64,000 nt of DNA from Eledone cirrhosa (GCA_964016885.1 OZ024740.1:207266001-207330000); one strand, 5' to 3'. Shown: positions 50,000 to 62,730, numbered from the stretch's first letter. A program made the numbers and translations. Notes: generated by a model not told the origin, from the letters alone.

Positions 50000-50429
50000 A
50001 AACGACATTTGATAATGTAACCCTCGACACATAATGTCTGAATAGAAGACGGGTTGGTTATAGATGGAATGCTTTCAGAGAGATTCCCAATCAATGTTGA
50101 CATAGACAGGGTTTATTTAGACCATGGGGAGCCGGGAGCACTTCAAGTTTGGTGGCACCTCATACACAGCAAACTCTCCAATTTTATATATCAAAGTTAG
50201 CTTGGAGCAAGTAATTGGAATTGAAAAGTTATAAATACAGGTATTAAATTCAAAAATTCTAACCATAAACCCAGCTGAGGCCAAAAATAAATTGCTACGG
50301 CCGTCGCCGATGGGGCCCAGGAGCAATTGCGCCCTGCCCCATTAAATCCGGTCCACAGATAACTGTGTAAAGAAATTCTCATTTCAATGAGAAGAGACTG
50401 GAACATTTTTATCTCTGAGAGTTCCTTAT

Positions 50430-50468
50430 ACTCTGAAGAAGGGAATTTTAAGTCCCGAAATATTAGGA
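50430..50468 (+). ncRNA. Hammerhead-like core (weak stem I)
   Basis: CTGAAGA a ggga attttaag tccc GAAA tat TA gga. Confidence 0.4.
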
Positions 50469-51271
50469 CGAAGAAACAAAACAAAGAAAGAAAAACAAAC
50501 AAACAAACAATCAAAATATCAAAGTTTACCAGGTAACTAACTTATTCGTTGCCTTCATCTTACCGTCCATTTTGTAATGTTTAGCCTTATTACATATATC
50601 ACTTTCCACATTATATATTGTATACATTGTTTAGCCTTATTACTTATATCACTTTCTCCAGTATACCTTATTAATGGTTTCGTAGATCCTATTATTAGCA
50701 CCAAAAGATATGACTTATCAAGTGCGTGTGTGCACTGGTGTTGTAGCTGTACAATGAGGTACAAGTCCCAATCTGGACAACGGGACACCCAGTCGTGCCC
50801 CCCCCCCACACACACACACATCGATATAGAATTTGAGGCGCCCGCATGAGACATAAGACTAAGAGAGTTATTCTTGCTGACTTGGGTTATTATAGTTACA
50901 ATCAGGTTCAATGAAGAGAGAGAGACAGAGAAAGAAGAGAGGGGAGAGAGAAAGGGGAGGGAAAGAAGAGAGAGAGAGAGGAAAAGAGAAAGAGAGAGAC
51001 AGACAGACATCATTTAATAAATATATTTGAAATTAAAATTTGGGTAGATTGGACGGCTCCATCATAGTTAAGCGGAAGTCTGAGGAATTACTAGAAGACA
51101 CGGAATATTAAACTTGATCCCAAACATCCGGATTTGGTTGGATGAGTGAGAAAGTAGTTAATAGTGGGTAGACGGATATGGACAAAGAAAGGGTCCCATA
51201 TATTTGCAACAGTCAACCAAACACATAATAGTGGGTGAGACGGATAAAGAGAGGGTCCCAACCAAACACAC

Positions 51272-51434
51272 AGCTGACTATGAAGTGTAATGCTAGAGCT
51301 GTAAAATCTTGCACGTGTTAATTTCAACTCTTAATAACTGCATTGTTTATTTCAAGCGGCTACGTTGAAACCTCATTTGGTCATTCCACGAGAGTATCTT
51401 GGTCAGTCTATGAATGTTTCAACGTACCCTCGTA
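51272..51434 (-). mobile_element. Mariner-type MITE copy
   Basis: Homolog of 42733-42960, ending ccctcg|TA. Confidence 0.75.
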
Positions 51435-51482
51435 TGTTGCCTTCGATTGGTGCGCGCGTACGTGCTTGAGTATGTGTCCTCT

Positions 51483-51518
<36 letters not shown>

Positions 51519-51921
51519 TGAACATGTAGAGAGAGATAGAGAGAGAGAGAGAAAGAAAGAAGGAGAGAGTGAGAGTGAGAGAGAGAGAAAGAAGGAGGGA
51601 GTGAGAGAGAGAGAGAGAGAGAAAGAAGGAGAGAGAGGTATAGGTGAATATGAGCCCAAGGCCATGTTAAACTTAACACTCGGCACCTGGCAATGCCTTT
51701 TAGGTCACACGTCTATACATGTCATATTCTGGACACCATAGCCCACATGAGTAAGTAGTTGTTGGCCGTAACATACCCAGAGGCAGCAGGTTAATCTGAC
51801 ATCTGGTATTTCTTGAAGATCAGAAATGTGAAACGAGAATAATTGGTTAGTGAAGTTTTCAAACTCTACAATACGCATTGAGTACTCATTTTTTCATTGA
51901 ACACACACTTTTTTGTATATA

Positions 51922-51961
<40 letters not shown>

Positions 51962-51962
<1 letters not shown>

Positions 51963-52170
51963 GGAAAATGTTTAACCCCGACGGCAGAGCTCAAGCAGTT
52001 TCGACGGGTATTTAAACAAATTTTTTTTTTAGTCCAGAAATAGCCGACGAAACGGCTTGAGCTCTGCCGTCGGGGTTAAACATTTTCCTATTACCCACTC
52101 TACTACCCTAAGTATTGAGTACTCTGGTGCGTTAAGGTCCATCTGGTTCCTTACCACACTTCCTTCGTTA
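51962..52170 (+). mobile_element. Family B fold-back element
   Basis: Palindrome at 51962-52090 and motif at 52096-52124. Homolog of 4091-4290. Confidence 0.8.
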
Positions 52171-52287
52171 TAGTTACGTCCCTTTATGATCTGAGTTCAA
52201 ATCCCGCCGAGGTTAACTTTGCCTTTCATCCATACGAGGTCGATAAAATAAAGTACCAGTAATGTACTGATTTTATTGCTGGCCTTG
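52171..52287 (+). mobile_element. Main SINE, 5'-truncated
   Basis: Match to consensus. Confidence 0.85.
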
Positions 52288-52564
52288 TGCCAAAAGTAGA
52301 AACAGTTATATATATACATATATATTTTATAGTTGAGACAGTAAACAAAAAACAACAAAACAACGTGGAATCGAAGAGGCAGTACAAAATGTTAATAGTG
52401 GGAGAGGTGGCAAGATGGGGGGTGAGAGATGGCAAAGGGGGGGGTGAGAGATGGTGAGAGGAGGGGGGAGATGGGGAAGGAGATAGAGACAGATAGATAA
52501 ATAATAGATGGCTAGGTAGATATAAACATGCATACACATAACTTGGAACACTGAAAGTAAAGAG

Positions 52565-52712
52565 TTCAATCGGAGGTCACCACAATTAGTAAGGTACTCA
52601 ATACATTAGTAGAGTGTAAACATCATGTTTAATATAGAAATGGCTTCTACGGACTAGAACTATTTCATTCAGAAGAAATCACCAGTTCTAGTCCTGTAGA
52701 AAACATTTCAAT
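52565..52712 (-). mobile_element. Family A element
   Basis: Motif at 52593-52616. Fold-back ttctac.ggactagaact...agttctagtcctgtagaa. Confidence 0.8.
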
Positions 52713-52724
52713 ATTGCACTTTAT

Positions 52725-52769
<45 letters not shown>

Positions 52770-52781
52770 TATATATATATC

Positions 52782-53078
52782 ACAGAAAAAAAGAGAATCA
52801 GTGTTGCGACGAATGGAATTTATTGGACATATTACGATCGTTTCTCTGGCGACCAGCTCGAGGCACGATCGATGTGATGATCGAACCTGACTCTGAAAAT
52901 CGCAAGGTCCTCAGATACGTCTTGATTCCACGAAGCAGATTGTAATATGTCCAATAAATTCCATTCGTCGCAACACTGATTCTCTTTTTTTTCTGTAATA
53001 TCATACTCTGCTCTATGAGAGCATCGAGTGCTCATACGGCCTACCGCATATGGACGCTTTAAGCATCCAACACCAATT
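52782..53078 (+). mobile_element. (TA)n-inserted element with ~54-bp inverted arms and bulged-hairpin motif
   Basis: Arms at 52782-52835 and 52942-52996. Motif with a 6-bp inner stem at 53004-53033. Confidence 0.8.
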
Positions 53079-53126
53079 ATATATATATAGTGACGAAATA
53101 AGTCATGAACTCATAATCCTTTATTT

Positions 53127-53182
53127 ACTGCTATATATATTTCGATGATAGCCATTGAATGGCTATGACCTCATCAGGCAGT
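53127..53182 (-). ncRNA. Type I hammerhead ribozyme (minimal, Penelope-type)
   Basis: Minus strand reads actgc CTGATGA ggt-c-atagccat tca atggctat-c-atc GAAA tatata TA gcagt. 5-bp stem I, complete core, 11-bp stem II with one mismatch, and a short palindromic stem III. AATAAA follows. Confidence 0.85.
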
Positions 53183-53334
53183 TAGTCAGTTCTTAGATAT
53201 GCCAGCTCTGTGTTTATAGTGTTGATGGTATCAGAGCCTTGGGACATATATATATATTGTTATACCTTGGGAGGGTCACACAAAAACAAGATGGTATAGG
53301 ACAGAACAAAGGAAAGACACAAAATAAAAACCCA

Positions 53335-53377
53335 GTCACTGAGGAGGTCGCAGAATGTGTGACGAAAAAGCTTTGAT
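53335..53377 (+). ncRNA. Type I hammerhead ribozyme candidate
   Basis: gtca CTGAGGA g gtcgca gaatg tgtgac GAAA aagc TT tgat. Lies inside an element with 21-bp inverted ends (53258-53279 and 53487-53507). Confidence 0.65.
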
Positions 53378-53579
53378 AGTATATAAACAACCATCCGGTT
53401 ATTGAACCAACCAGCCAACCAACCAACCAGAAATTTATAATAAATTGAAGTGAAAATCACAGGTGCGTGTGTTTCTATTGGCAGCATGACCCTCCCAAAG
53501 TATAACAATATCTGTTCCAACACACGTTTTTAGATAAAGAATCTTGCTAAACAAATTCAAAAACGAAGTGGGTGGGTGG

Positions 53580-53664
<85 letters not shown>

Positions 53665-54269
53665 GATAAGCCGAGAAGTGAGTGTAGATGCCATGCAAAT
53701 GTGAGATAAAGAGGTAGAGACAAGGGTAGGGAACGGGTGGTGTGTAGGGAGTTGCAGTAGGAAGCTATGAAAATAAATAGGGGCCAATGGTGGGCAGGTT
53801 TGTTATTTCAGTGACATGTGTTGGTTTAGGTAACCTAGTCCACCAAACACCACATAATTATTCTCATTCCACCCCACCCCTCTCTATCTCGAAATTAGGG
53901 CACCATTAGAACTGAACACACACAGATACGAATAGAAAAACACATACACACACACATATTGGCTCCAGTCTACATATGCCAACCAATCTATCATTGATCG
54001 TATATGTGTTAGTGTTGTTGTTTAACTCTAAGGCGGTCCCTGATGGAGCTGACACTCGATCAAAAGTATTGTGCCTTGGGTATTTTTAGCAAGACTGGGA
54101 CACATATGACTGCTATTTCTTGCAGAGAGATCGACCAGCTAGAGGACACTTTATTAGCTCGTGTGCATATATGTGTATGAAGGGTGGGAATGTTTGGCGC
54201 AGAGTGTACGAGAGGAGGCGATACACACGCATCAGTGTGTATGTATATGCATGCATATACGTATATTTA

Positions 54270-54530
54270 ATAAATATACATATATTTAACATGATAACTA
54301 CATATATAGAATATATTTAAAACCTATGTATATACATATATATTTAACATAACTACATACATAGTACATATTCAAAATCTATGTATGTATATACACATAT
54401 ATTTAACATTACATACATAGTACATATTCAAAATCTATGTATGTATGTATATACACATATATTTAACATTACATACATAGTACATATTCAAAATCTATGT
54501 ATGTATGTATATACACATATATTTAACAGC
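54270..54530. repeat. ~60-bp AT-rich tandem repeat
   Basis: catatatttaacattacatacatagtacatattcaaaatctatgtatg, about 4 copies. Confidence 0.85.
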
Positions 54531-54732
54531 ACTTTATTCTCTCCAACACCTCCGTGAGCGCTACATTATCTGCACGATGTGGAAAATATTCCATCAGCAT
54601 TGTCCAAATGATGTTGGCACCATCTTTAAAGTACACATTTCCGAAGATTCAGTTTCCAATAGATTCACAGTACTTATATAGTAAATATAGAGTACCCTTT
54701 GGTCTCTCTTTCTCTCTTGTTACATTCACGTG

Positions 54733-54801
<69 letters not shown>

Positions 54802-54856
54802 TGTGTGTGTGTGTGTGTGTGTGTGTTTAATACATTTATATATCTACAGGACACCT

Positions 54857-54908
<52 letters not shown>

Positions 54909-55134
54909 GGAAGTTAATTAGAGATCAAAGGAAAGCTTCAAGAAGAAACCTAAATAACCTAGTTATGACACGAAGTTTCGGTCCCCGGCAGGACACTATC
55001 TTACTGCTATTGTTAATGGTTAGCCTTACCTCCTCACTGCCTGTCAACCTTGATTGAATAGGCATATGATCAAAAGCGTTCCAGCTAAGACCATCTAGCG
55101 ATATGTTGATAATACAACTCGAAGCAAGTATCAA

Positions 55135-55265
55135 AGGCAGCGAAGTGGCAGAGTCGTTAGAACGTCAGAAAGAATGATTTGCTACATTCGTTCTGGCCCT
55201 CTGCATTCTCAGTTCAAAACCCGCCGAAGTCGATAAAAAAGTACCAGTCCAGTACTGGAATCGAG
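55135..55265 (+). mobile_element. SINE variant
   Basis: A box tggcagagtcgttag, B box agttcaaaaccc, then gtcgataaaaaagtaccag. Confidence 0.7.
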
Positions 55266-55519
55266 TTTTTCCACTACATCTCTCTCTCTCGTTGGATGAA
55301 ATCGGTCGTGTTCAGACCTGGAAAGAGGATTAACTGCCCAAGAAACACCGTATGTCACTACGACGCCTCTAATTTGACATTCATCATTCTGAATCGATCA
55401 AGCACTGGGGGTGAATATATTCGACCTACCTTTATTCACAAAACTTCTGACCTTGTGCCAAAATTAAAAGCCATTATCTTTTTTCAGTTGCTTTCATATT
55501 CTATACTTGTTGAGCTCAT

Positions 55520-56850
55520 GGGTGTTATCCAACCATCTTGCTCAGGGTTTCTCCTGTAGGTTGGTTAGCCCGTAAAATCTGCGCAGGCTTCCTTGTGAGG
55601 AAGAGTGTCTCATTTTTCGAAACACTGATTTTTATTCCAGCCATGCAGCACTCGGTATCGAACCTATCAAGTTCATGTCGTAGATCAACTTCTGTCGAGT
55701 TAAGTAACACCATATCGTCTGCAGATTCCAGCCGTCTGATTTTACATCTGCCAGCCGTGATACCACTTCCAACCCGGCTTCGCATATCAATCCTGTTCAT
55801 GAAAATGATGAACAGAAGAGGTGACAATTACGCACTCTTGGAGGAGTCCGACTCCCACATTGAATGGTCTCGAAGACCTGTCGCAGTGTGAATATTTGGT
55901 CGGCTGTGCTACTCCCAGGACGAAAACTGCACTATCCATCAGCTAGCTTGGACTCGACAATCTTCCTGCAAATCTTCGTCACACACTTAGCATAGACTTT
56001 ACCAGGGAAACTTAAAAAGGAGATCCCTCTGTAATTAGAATAATCTCTCTTCTCTACCTATTTGAAAATTGAGATTATCACTCCCAATTGCCATTGTTTA
56101 GGTGTCTTTCCAGAGATCCAGGCTATCCGGTACACACGAATCAGCCAGAGAATACTTTCTTTATTTAAGGCTTTTAAGATCTCGGGCTGGATTTCTTCTT
56201 CCCCACTGGTCGTGCCAGATTTGAGCTCTTTAACTGCTCTTGTGACTTCAACCTCTGGTGCTCCGCTCTCGGATGCACCTATGTACATCAGACAATGCTG
56301 TTTTGATTGGGTTTAGGAGATCAGCAAAGTATTCTCTCCACCTCACGAGGATGCACCTCTGTCAAGAGAGGTGAATCCCAGACGTGTTGGTGATAGCAGG
56401 AGTAGAGGAGGACTTCTTTTTACGAAGCCGGTGGATGGTCTGCCAGAACACTTTATTTGCTGATCTGAAGTCGGATTCCAGCTTAACACTTTCGACGCCT
56501 TTACTGTCTGTTGTGATTCTTCGTACCTGTTTGTACCGCAAGTGCAAGAAGGAGGACTTATTTCCAAGCAAAGCTTTGTAGACCCCTTCTTTGCTCGAAT
56601 GTCATCATTGACCTCTTGATAGAATCAAGAGGTCCTCGTGTTATCCGGTGCCATACCTAGCCTCTTTCGCCCGCAACATTTAACAGCTGAAGCAAAAACT
56701 GCTGAGCTGAACAATCTCCACTCTGTCTCATCGTCCACAGTTTGCTCAGGGAGTTCTCTTGGATGTGATAGTATCTGCATACCTGGTTCTGACTTCCTTA
56801 TCCACTAACGCTTCCCACTTTACCCTGTAGGTCACCCTGGGCGAATAAGC
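55520..56850 (-). mobile_element. RTE-clade LINE internal fragment (RT), decayed
   Basis: LSPLLFIIFMNRID...LESADDMVLL, EVTRAVKELKSG...EIQPEILKAL...PKQWQLGVIISIFK, and SANKVFWQTIHRLR. Confidence 0.85.
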
Positions 56851-57591
56851 AACCCCAGACCAACAGCGGCAAACTATTTTGGGATATGGAGCAATGGGTG
56901 ACACCTGCAGCTCCTAAGAAAACTCTCACAATCCAGTAATGTAGCTATGACAAGGCGAGTAAAGGCCGCCTCTAAAAACGCCTAGTTTCGCGGGCTTGAG
57001 AGAGTATTAGATTGGTGACAAGCGTGAATATGACCTCCAGAACTGCAAAATGATGAGGGGACCGAGAAATAACCATACCAAATCGTCCTTCGCAAAGGTT
57101 AACAGGGGACGGGTGCTGGCCTTAGGTAAGAGGAGCCTGCTCGAAAAATATATTGCAGTCTCCATTTCATGCTGCAAAAACTGGCGACGGGCTTGCGATA
57201 TGTCCTGGGAGGTGTGGGGTGAACACACAAAGATTGCATAATGGAAGAAACTCAAACGCAGAAAAATAATTACAAATACAGTCGATTGTTATAAATGATT
57301 GCTTAGAAAATCTGGTAAAATACCCCCATAACTTTCCTTATTCAGCATTTCCATTCCCACCCTCACACACCATCTCACATGCAGCTCCACACATACATAC
57401 ACACGTCCGGTTCACAACTCATTTCACCCACCTCACCGATCCACTCTCCCTCAAGCATACGATGTTTTCTTCAGATCAGTCATCAACAAATATACCCAAA
57501 TTATTTTACACTCCACTACCATCTTGCTATATATAACACAACTGCTCCCTTTCCTGTCTTTTCAACGTCGTCCTCACAACTAGGTATACAT

Positions 57592-59140
57592 CTAGCTAAC
57601 TCTTCAACAAAGCCCATACAACACAACACTCAACAGATACCCTCCTACCACCAGACATACCCCTAGCTAACTCTTCAACAAAGCCCATACAACACAACAC
57701 TCAACAGATACCCTCCTACCACCAGACATACCTCTAGCTAACTCTTCAACAAAGCCCATACAACACAACACTCAACAGATACCCTCCTACCACCAGACAT
57801 ACCTCTAGCTAACTCTTCAACAAAGCCTATACAACACAACACTCAACAGATACCCTCCTACCACCAGACATACCCCTAGCTAACTCTTCAACAAAGCCCA
57901 TACAACACAACACTCAACAGATACCCTCCTACCACCAGACATACCTCTAGCTAACTCTTCAACAAAGCCCATACAACACAACACTCAACAGATACCCTCC
58001 TACCACCAAACATACCCCTAGCTAACTCTTCAACAAAGCCTATACAACACAACACTCAACAGATACCCTCCTACCACCAGACATACCCCTAGCTAACTCT
58101 TCAACAAAGCCCATACAACACAACACTCAACAGATACCCTCCTACCACCAGACATACCTCTAGCTAACTCTTCAACAAAGCCCATACAACACAACACTCA
58201 ACAGATACCCTCCTACCACCAGACATACCTCTAGCTAACTCTTCAACAAAGCCCATACAACACAACACTCAACAGATACCCCCCTACCACCAGACATACC
58301 TCTAGCTAACTCTTCAACAAAGGCCATACAACACAACACTCAACAGATACCCTCCTACCACCAGACATACCTCTAGCTAACTCTTCAACAAAGCCCATAC
58401 AACACAACACTCAACAGATACCCTCCTACCACCAGACATACCTCTAGCTAACTCTTCAACAAAGCCCATACAACACAACACTCAACAGATACCCTCCTAC
58501 CACCAGACATACCTCTAGCTAACTCTTCAACAAAGCCCATACAACACAACACTCAACAGATACCCTCCTACCACCAGACATACCTCTAGCTAACTCTTCA
58601 ACAAAGGCCATACAACACAACACTCAACAGATACCCTCCTACCACCAGACATACCTCTAGCTAACTCTTCAACAAAGCCCATACAACACAACACTCAACA
58701 GATACCCTCCTACCACCAGACATACCTCTAGCTAACTCTTCAACAAAGCCCATACAACACAACACTCAACAGATACCCCCCTACCACCAGACATACCTCT
58801 AGCTAACTCTTCAACAAAGGCCATACAACACAACACTCAACAGATACCCTCCTACCACCAGACATACCTCTAGCTAACTCTTCAACAAAGCCCATACAAC
58901 ACAACACTCAACAGATACCCTCCTACCACCAGACATACCTCTAGCTAACTCTTCAACAAAGCCCATACAACACAACACTCAACAGATACCCTCCTACCAC
59001 CAAACATACCTCTAGCTAACTCTTCAACAAAGCCCATACAACACAACACTCAACAGATACCCTCCTACCACCAGACATACCCCTAGCTAACTGTTCAACA
59101 AAGCCCCTTCAACACCACACTGTAACACTCAACAGATACC
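57592..59140. repeat. 71-bp tandem repeat, 21 copies plus a partial copy, highly homogeneous
   Basis: ctagctaactcttcaacaaagcccatacaacacaacactcaacagataccctcctaccaccagacatacc(c/t). Starts at 57592, 57663, 57734 ... 59083. Confidence 0.97.
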
Positions 59141-59416
59141 CAAATTATTTTACACAACACACAACCCTATTTGCCTCAGTGACCCCCACAGATATTACTA
59201 CATATTTACCGTCCCCATCATCCCCATTATTCCCCTTCCTTTCCGGTCTCCTCCAACTCCGTCCCTAACACATCTGGTGCCCACAACACACATTGTCATC
59301 CCCTCCTTATCTACTCTTAATACACACATAGCACCCACAGCCAGCACAGTTCCCCAATACAACATTTTACACAGTCAAATACATACACACGCAGACAAAC
59401 CAGAGATGAGCCTATC

Positions 59417-59520
<104 letters not shown>

Positions 59521-59532
59521 TGAGCCCATCAC

Positions 59533-59566
<34 letters not shown>

Positions 59567-59591
59567 TTAGCCCATCACTACATATATATAT

Positions 59592-60545
59592 ATGGAGGAA
59601 GTTGTAGAAACAACAACAGCCATCCGCAGAGCTACCAGACGAGAAGGACTAGATATCCAACTAGCCCACTCAGGACCTTCCCTACGCGGACAGCTAACCA
59701 AAAGACACTCCACCATACATGACAGCCGCTGCAGGCTAGCCAACTACCCCATCAACGACACAGACCTATGCCACCAGGCTTACGTCGTATACAGACTAGA
59801 GTGTGACAAATGCAGCAATTTCTACGTAGGTAGCACCACTAGACCACTTCACATAAGATTAAAAGAACACCTCAATACTAACGCTTCCTCATTTAAGAAA
59901 CACCCAGTGAAATGCAAAAAACACCGACAAAACCATAACAGTTAAGATAGAAACTAAGGAAAGAAACCTCGGCAATCTTAGAATTAAGTAAGCACTGATT
60001 ATAGACAAAACACAGCCACCAATCAATAATAAACTAGAACTCAACACTCAATTTTTAACATGATAGAGCACCTAGCCCCACACTTACACCTCCAGTTATT
60101 CTCTCTCACACACACACATACATACACAAAGACCAGTTTTAACATGATAGAGCATCTAGCCCCCACACTTACATATAGACATATCTTCTCACACTCACAC
60201 ACGCATACTTTCGCCTTCACGCATTCTCTCTCACACTTAAACATACATGTTCAAAACCCCTTTTAAAGGGAGACAACTCTTTATCCACCTAACCTTCACT
60301 CTTTGACATTAGAGATAGAATGGAATCTCTATACCATTTCCTGTCAGCACGACTTGGCAAGCTAATTAGAACATTGGATTAACCCCTTTACTTCTCTCCG
60401 AAGAAGAGATATTATCTCGAAAATTAAGGATATTTAAATAAATTTAAGGTAAAAGACTAATTGTCAACAATATCTTTTGCATTTGCAATATATATATTCT
60501 ATATCCATACCTGCATTGTATTGGCCTTCCAACTCCAAACGTTTA
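59592..60545 (+). mobile_element. Penelope-like element 3' fragment: GIY-YIG endonuclease plus pLTR with degenerate hammerhead
   Basis: VVYRLECDKCSNFYVGSTTRPLHIRLKEH is the PLE GIY-YIG signature. CCGAAGA a gagata t tatctc GAAA at 60398-60422. Flanked by (TA)n. Confidence 0.88.
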
Positions 60546-60567
60546 TATATATATATATATATATATA

Positions 60568-60842
60568 AGAAATGTAAGCTATCGGCGTATTTTGACTAAA
60601 GAAATTAAAGAAATTATTTAGCCTGATAGTGGGGTTAAGAACCCTCGGAGAAATGGAAAATATGAGGATTGACGTACATGTACGTCAATACTCATCTTTT
60701 TCCATTTCTCCGAGGGTTCTTACCCCCCCCCCCCACGCACTATCAGGCTAAATAATTTCTTTAATTTCTTTAGTCAAAATACGGCGATAGCTTACATTTC
60801 TAATAATTTCAAACCCACTCGCTGTTTCGAAAATATTCTTAG
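60568..60842. mobile_element. (TA)n-inserted fold-back element (palindrome 60568-60801 plus short tail)
   Basis: Arms of about 110 bp centred on ttgacgtacatgtacgtcaa. Confidence 0.85.
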
Positions 60843-60857
60843 ATATATATATATTCT

Positions 60858-60907
<50 letters not shown>

Positions 60908-61011
60908 ACATAATTCTTCGGATCTGTTTAATTACATTGAGCTATACCTTTACTGTCATTTCTATAATACGAAGAGGGTGTCTAACTCCAACACACTCTA
61001 GTATTTCAATT

Positions 61012-61085
<74 letters not shown>

Positions 61086-61371
61086 TGAGCCCATCACTAT
61101 ATATATATATATGTGTGTGTGTATGTATGTATGTGTGTGTGTACGTGTGAGTATTTATGTACGACGGCAGTCAGGTCTGTTTAGACAGATAACTGCAGCT
61201 GTTTTTATTTGAAAAAAGAAATGTTGATGTCTTACCAACAGATTTTGGCAATTTTCTACCTAGAAGTTCCTCGGGGTCTGTGTAAAACATACATTCACAC
61301 ACACACACATATATGCATGCACAGACACAAATACACACACTCTCAAGCAAAAACATACATTCACACATACA

Positions 61372-61449
61372 CAGGGTGTCCCCCCAAAATGTATACATAC
61401 TTCAACAGCATTCTAACAAATATGTGTATACATTTTTGGGGACACCCTG
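61372..61449. mobile_element. 78-bp Tc1/mariner MITE
   Basis: cagggtgtcccc..aaaatgtataca ... tgtatacatttttggggacaccctg|TA. Confidence 0.85.
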
Positions 61450-61859
61450 TATATATATATATACACACACACACATTTATATACATACATACACAGGAAC
61501 AAGTAAACACTCACTCATAAGCAAAAACATACACATTTTCACATATACACATACATACAAACACACACATATATATATATATATATACATAGACGCAAAC
61601 ATATCTATCTATAAAAGACACACTCAAACACATACATACAGACATATCAAATGACACACACGTGCACACACTTGTGCGTATGCAGATGAGTGGATAGATA
61701 GACATACATATATACATACATACTCATGCACAGTCAGTTTTCATTCCCCTCCCGCCTAACTCACACACACACTGGCACACACACACACACACACGTTGGT
61801 TGACATATAGACACGGGCACACTTAAATATTTATACAGTTGATCAGAGATCAACAGAGA

Positions 61860-62044
61860 GACAGATAAACACACACACATACATAAACATGTTGATAGAT
61901 ACAATACATACACAGATGTAAGAACCTTCTTGATACACACTAACAGACAGACAGACACACACACACACACACATACATAAACATGTTGATAGATACAAAA
62001 CCTACACAGATGTAAGAACCATCTTAATACACACTAACAGACAG

Positions 62045-62075
<31 letters not shown>

Positions 62076-62322
62076 TAAACATGTTGATAGATACAAAACC
62101 TACACAGATGTAAGAACCATCTTGATACACACTAACAGACAGACACACACACACACACACAATCATAAACATATTGATAGATACAAAACCTACACAGATG
62201 TAAGAACCATCTTGATACACACTAACAGACAGACAGACACACACACATTCATAAACATGTTGATAGATACAAAACATACACATGTAAAAACCTTCGTGGT
62301 GCATAGATAAACACTAACAGAC
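61860..62322. repeat. ~90-bp tandem unit with embedded (CA)n, about 5 copies
   Basis: cataaacatgttgatagatacaaaacctacacagatgtaagaaccatcttgatacacactaacagacagac(ac)n. Confidence 0.9.
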
Positions 62323-62340
62323 ACAAATGCAAATACACAA

Positions 62341-62512
62341 AGCTTCTACAGGACTAGAACTGTTTCATACGAAGGAAATCATCAGTTCTTCCTGATTATT
62401 TCCTTCCAATGAAACAGTTCTAGTCCTGTAGAAGCCATTTCTATATTAAATATTATATATACTCTACTATGTATTGAGTACCTTACTTACTGTGGCTACT
62501 CCCGATTGAACC

Positions 62513-62513
<1 letters not shown>
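62341..62513 (+). mobile_element. Family A element with two inverted hammerhead-like cores
   Basis: tttcatacgaaggaaatcatcag (minus-strand core) and cctgattatttccttccaatgaaa (plus-strand, decayed). Motif at 62460-62482. Confidence 0.8.
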
Positions 62514-62584
<71 letters not shown>

Positions 62585-62587
62585 ATA

Positions 62588-62730
62588 TCCCAACAGAGGA
62601 TCTGCTCAGTTTCCAGAAACGGAACGAGCCCTCGGATGATATATATTCATATTTTTCTATCTACTCTGTACTTCAACGTGTATTGAGTACTCCCTCAATT
62701 AGCAGTCTTCGCGGTTTTCTAAATCATTCA
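62588..62730 (+). mobile_element. Short element with decayed hammerhead-like core and bulged-hairpin motif
   Basis: CAGAGGA tctg..cca GAAAc near 62594-62620. Motif at 62662-62692. Confidence 0.5.

Noticed and set aside
54960-55010. gtcc..ggacc GAAAc on the minus strand as a hammerhead
   Set aside because: The 5' core CUGANGA is absent.
60590-60660. CTGATAG..GAAA in the fold-back arm as a hammerhead
   Set aside because: G8/A9 are not matched and there is no stem I.
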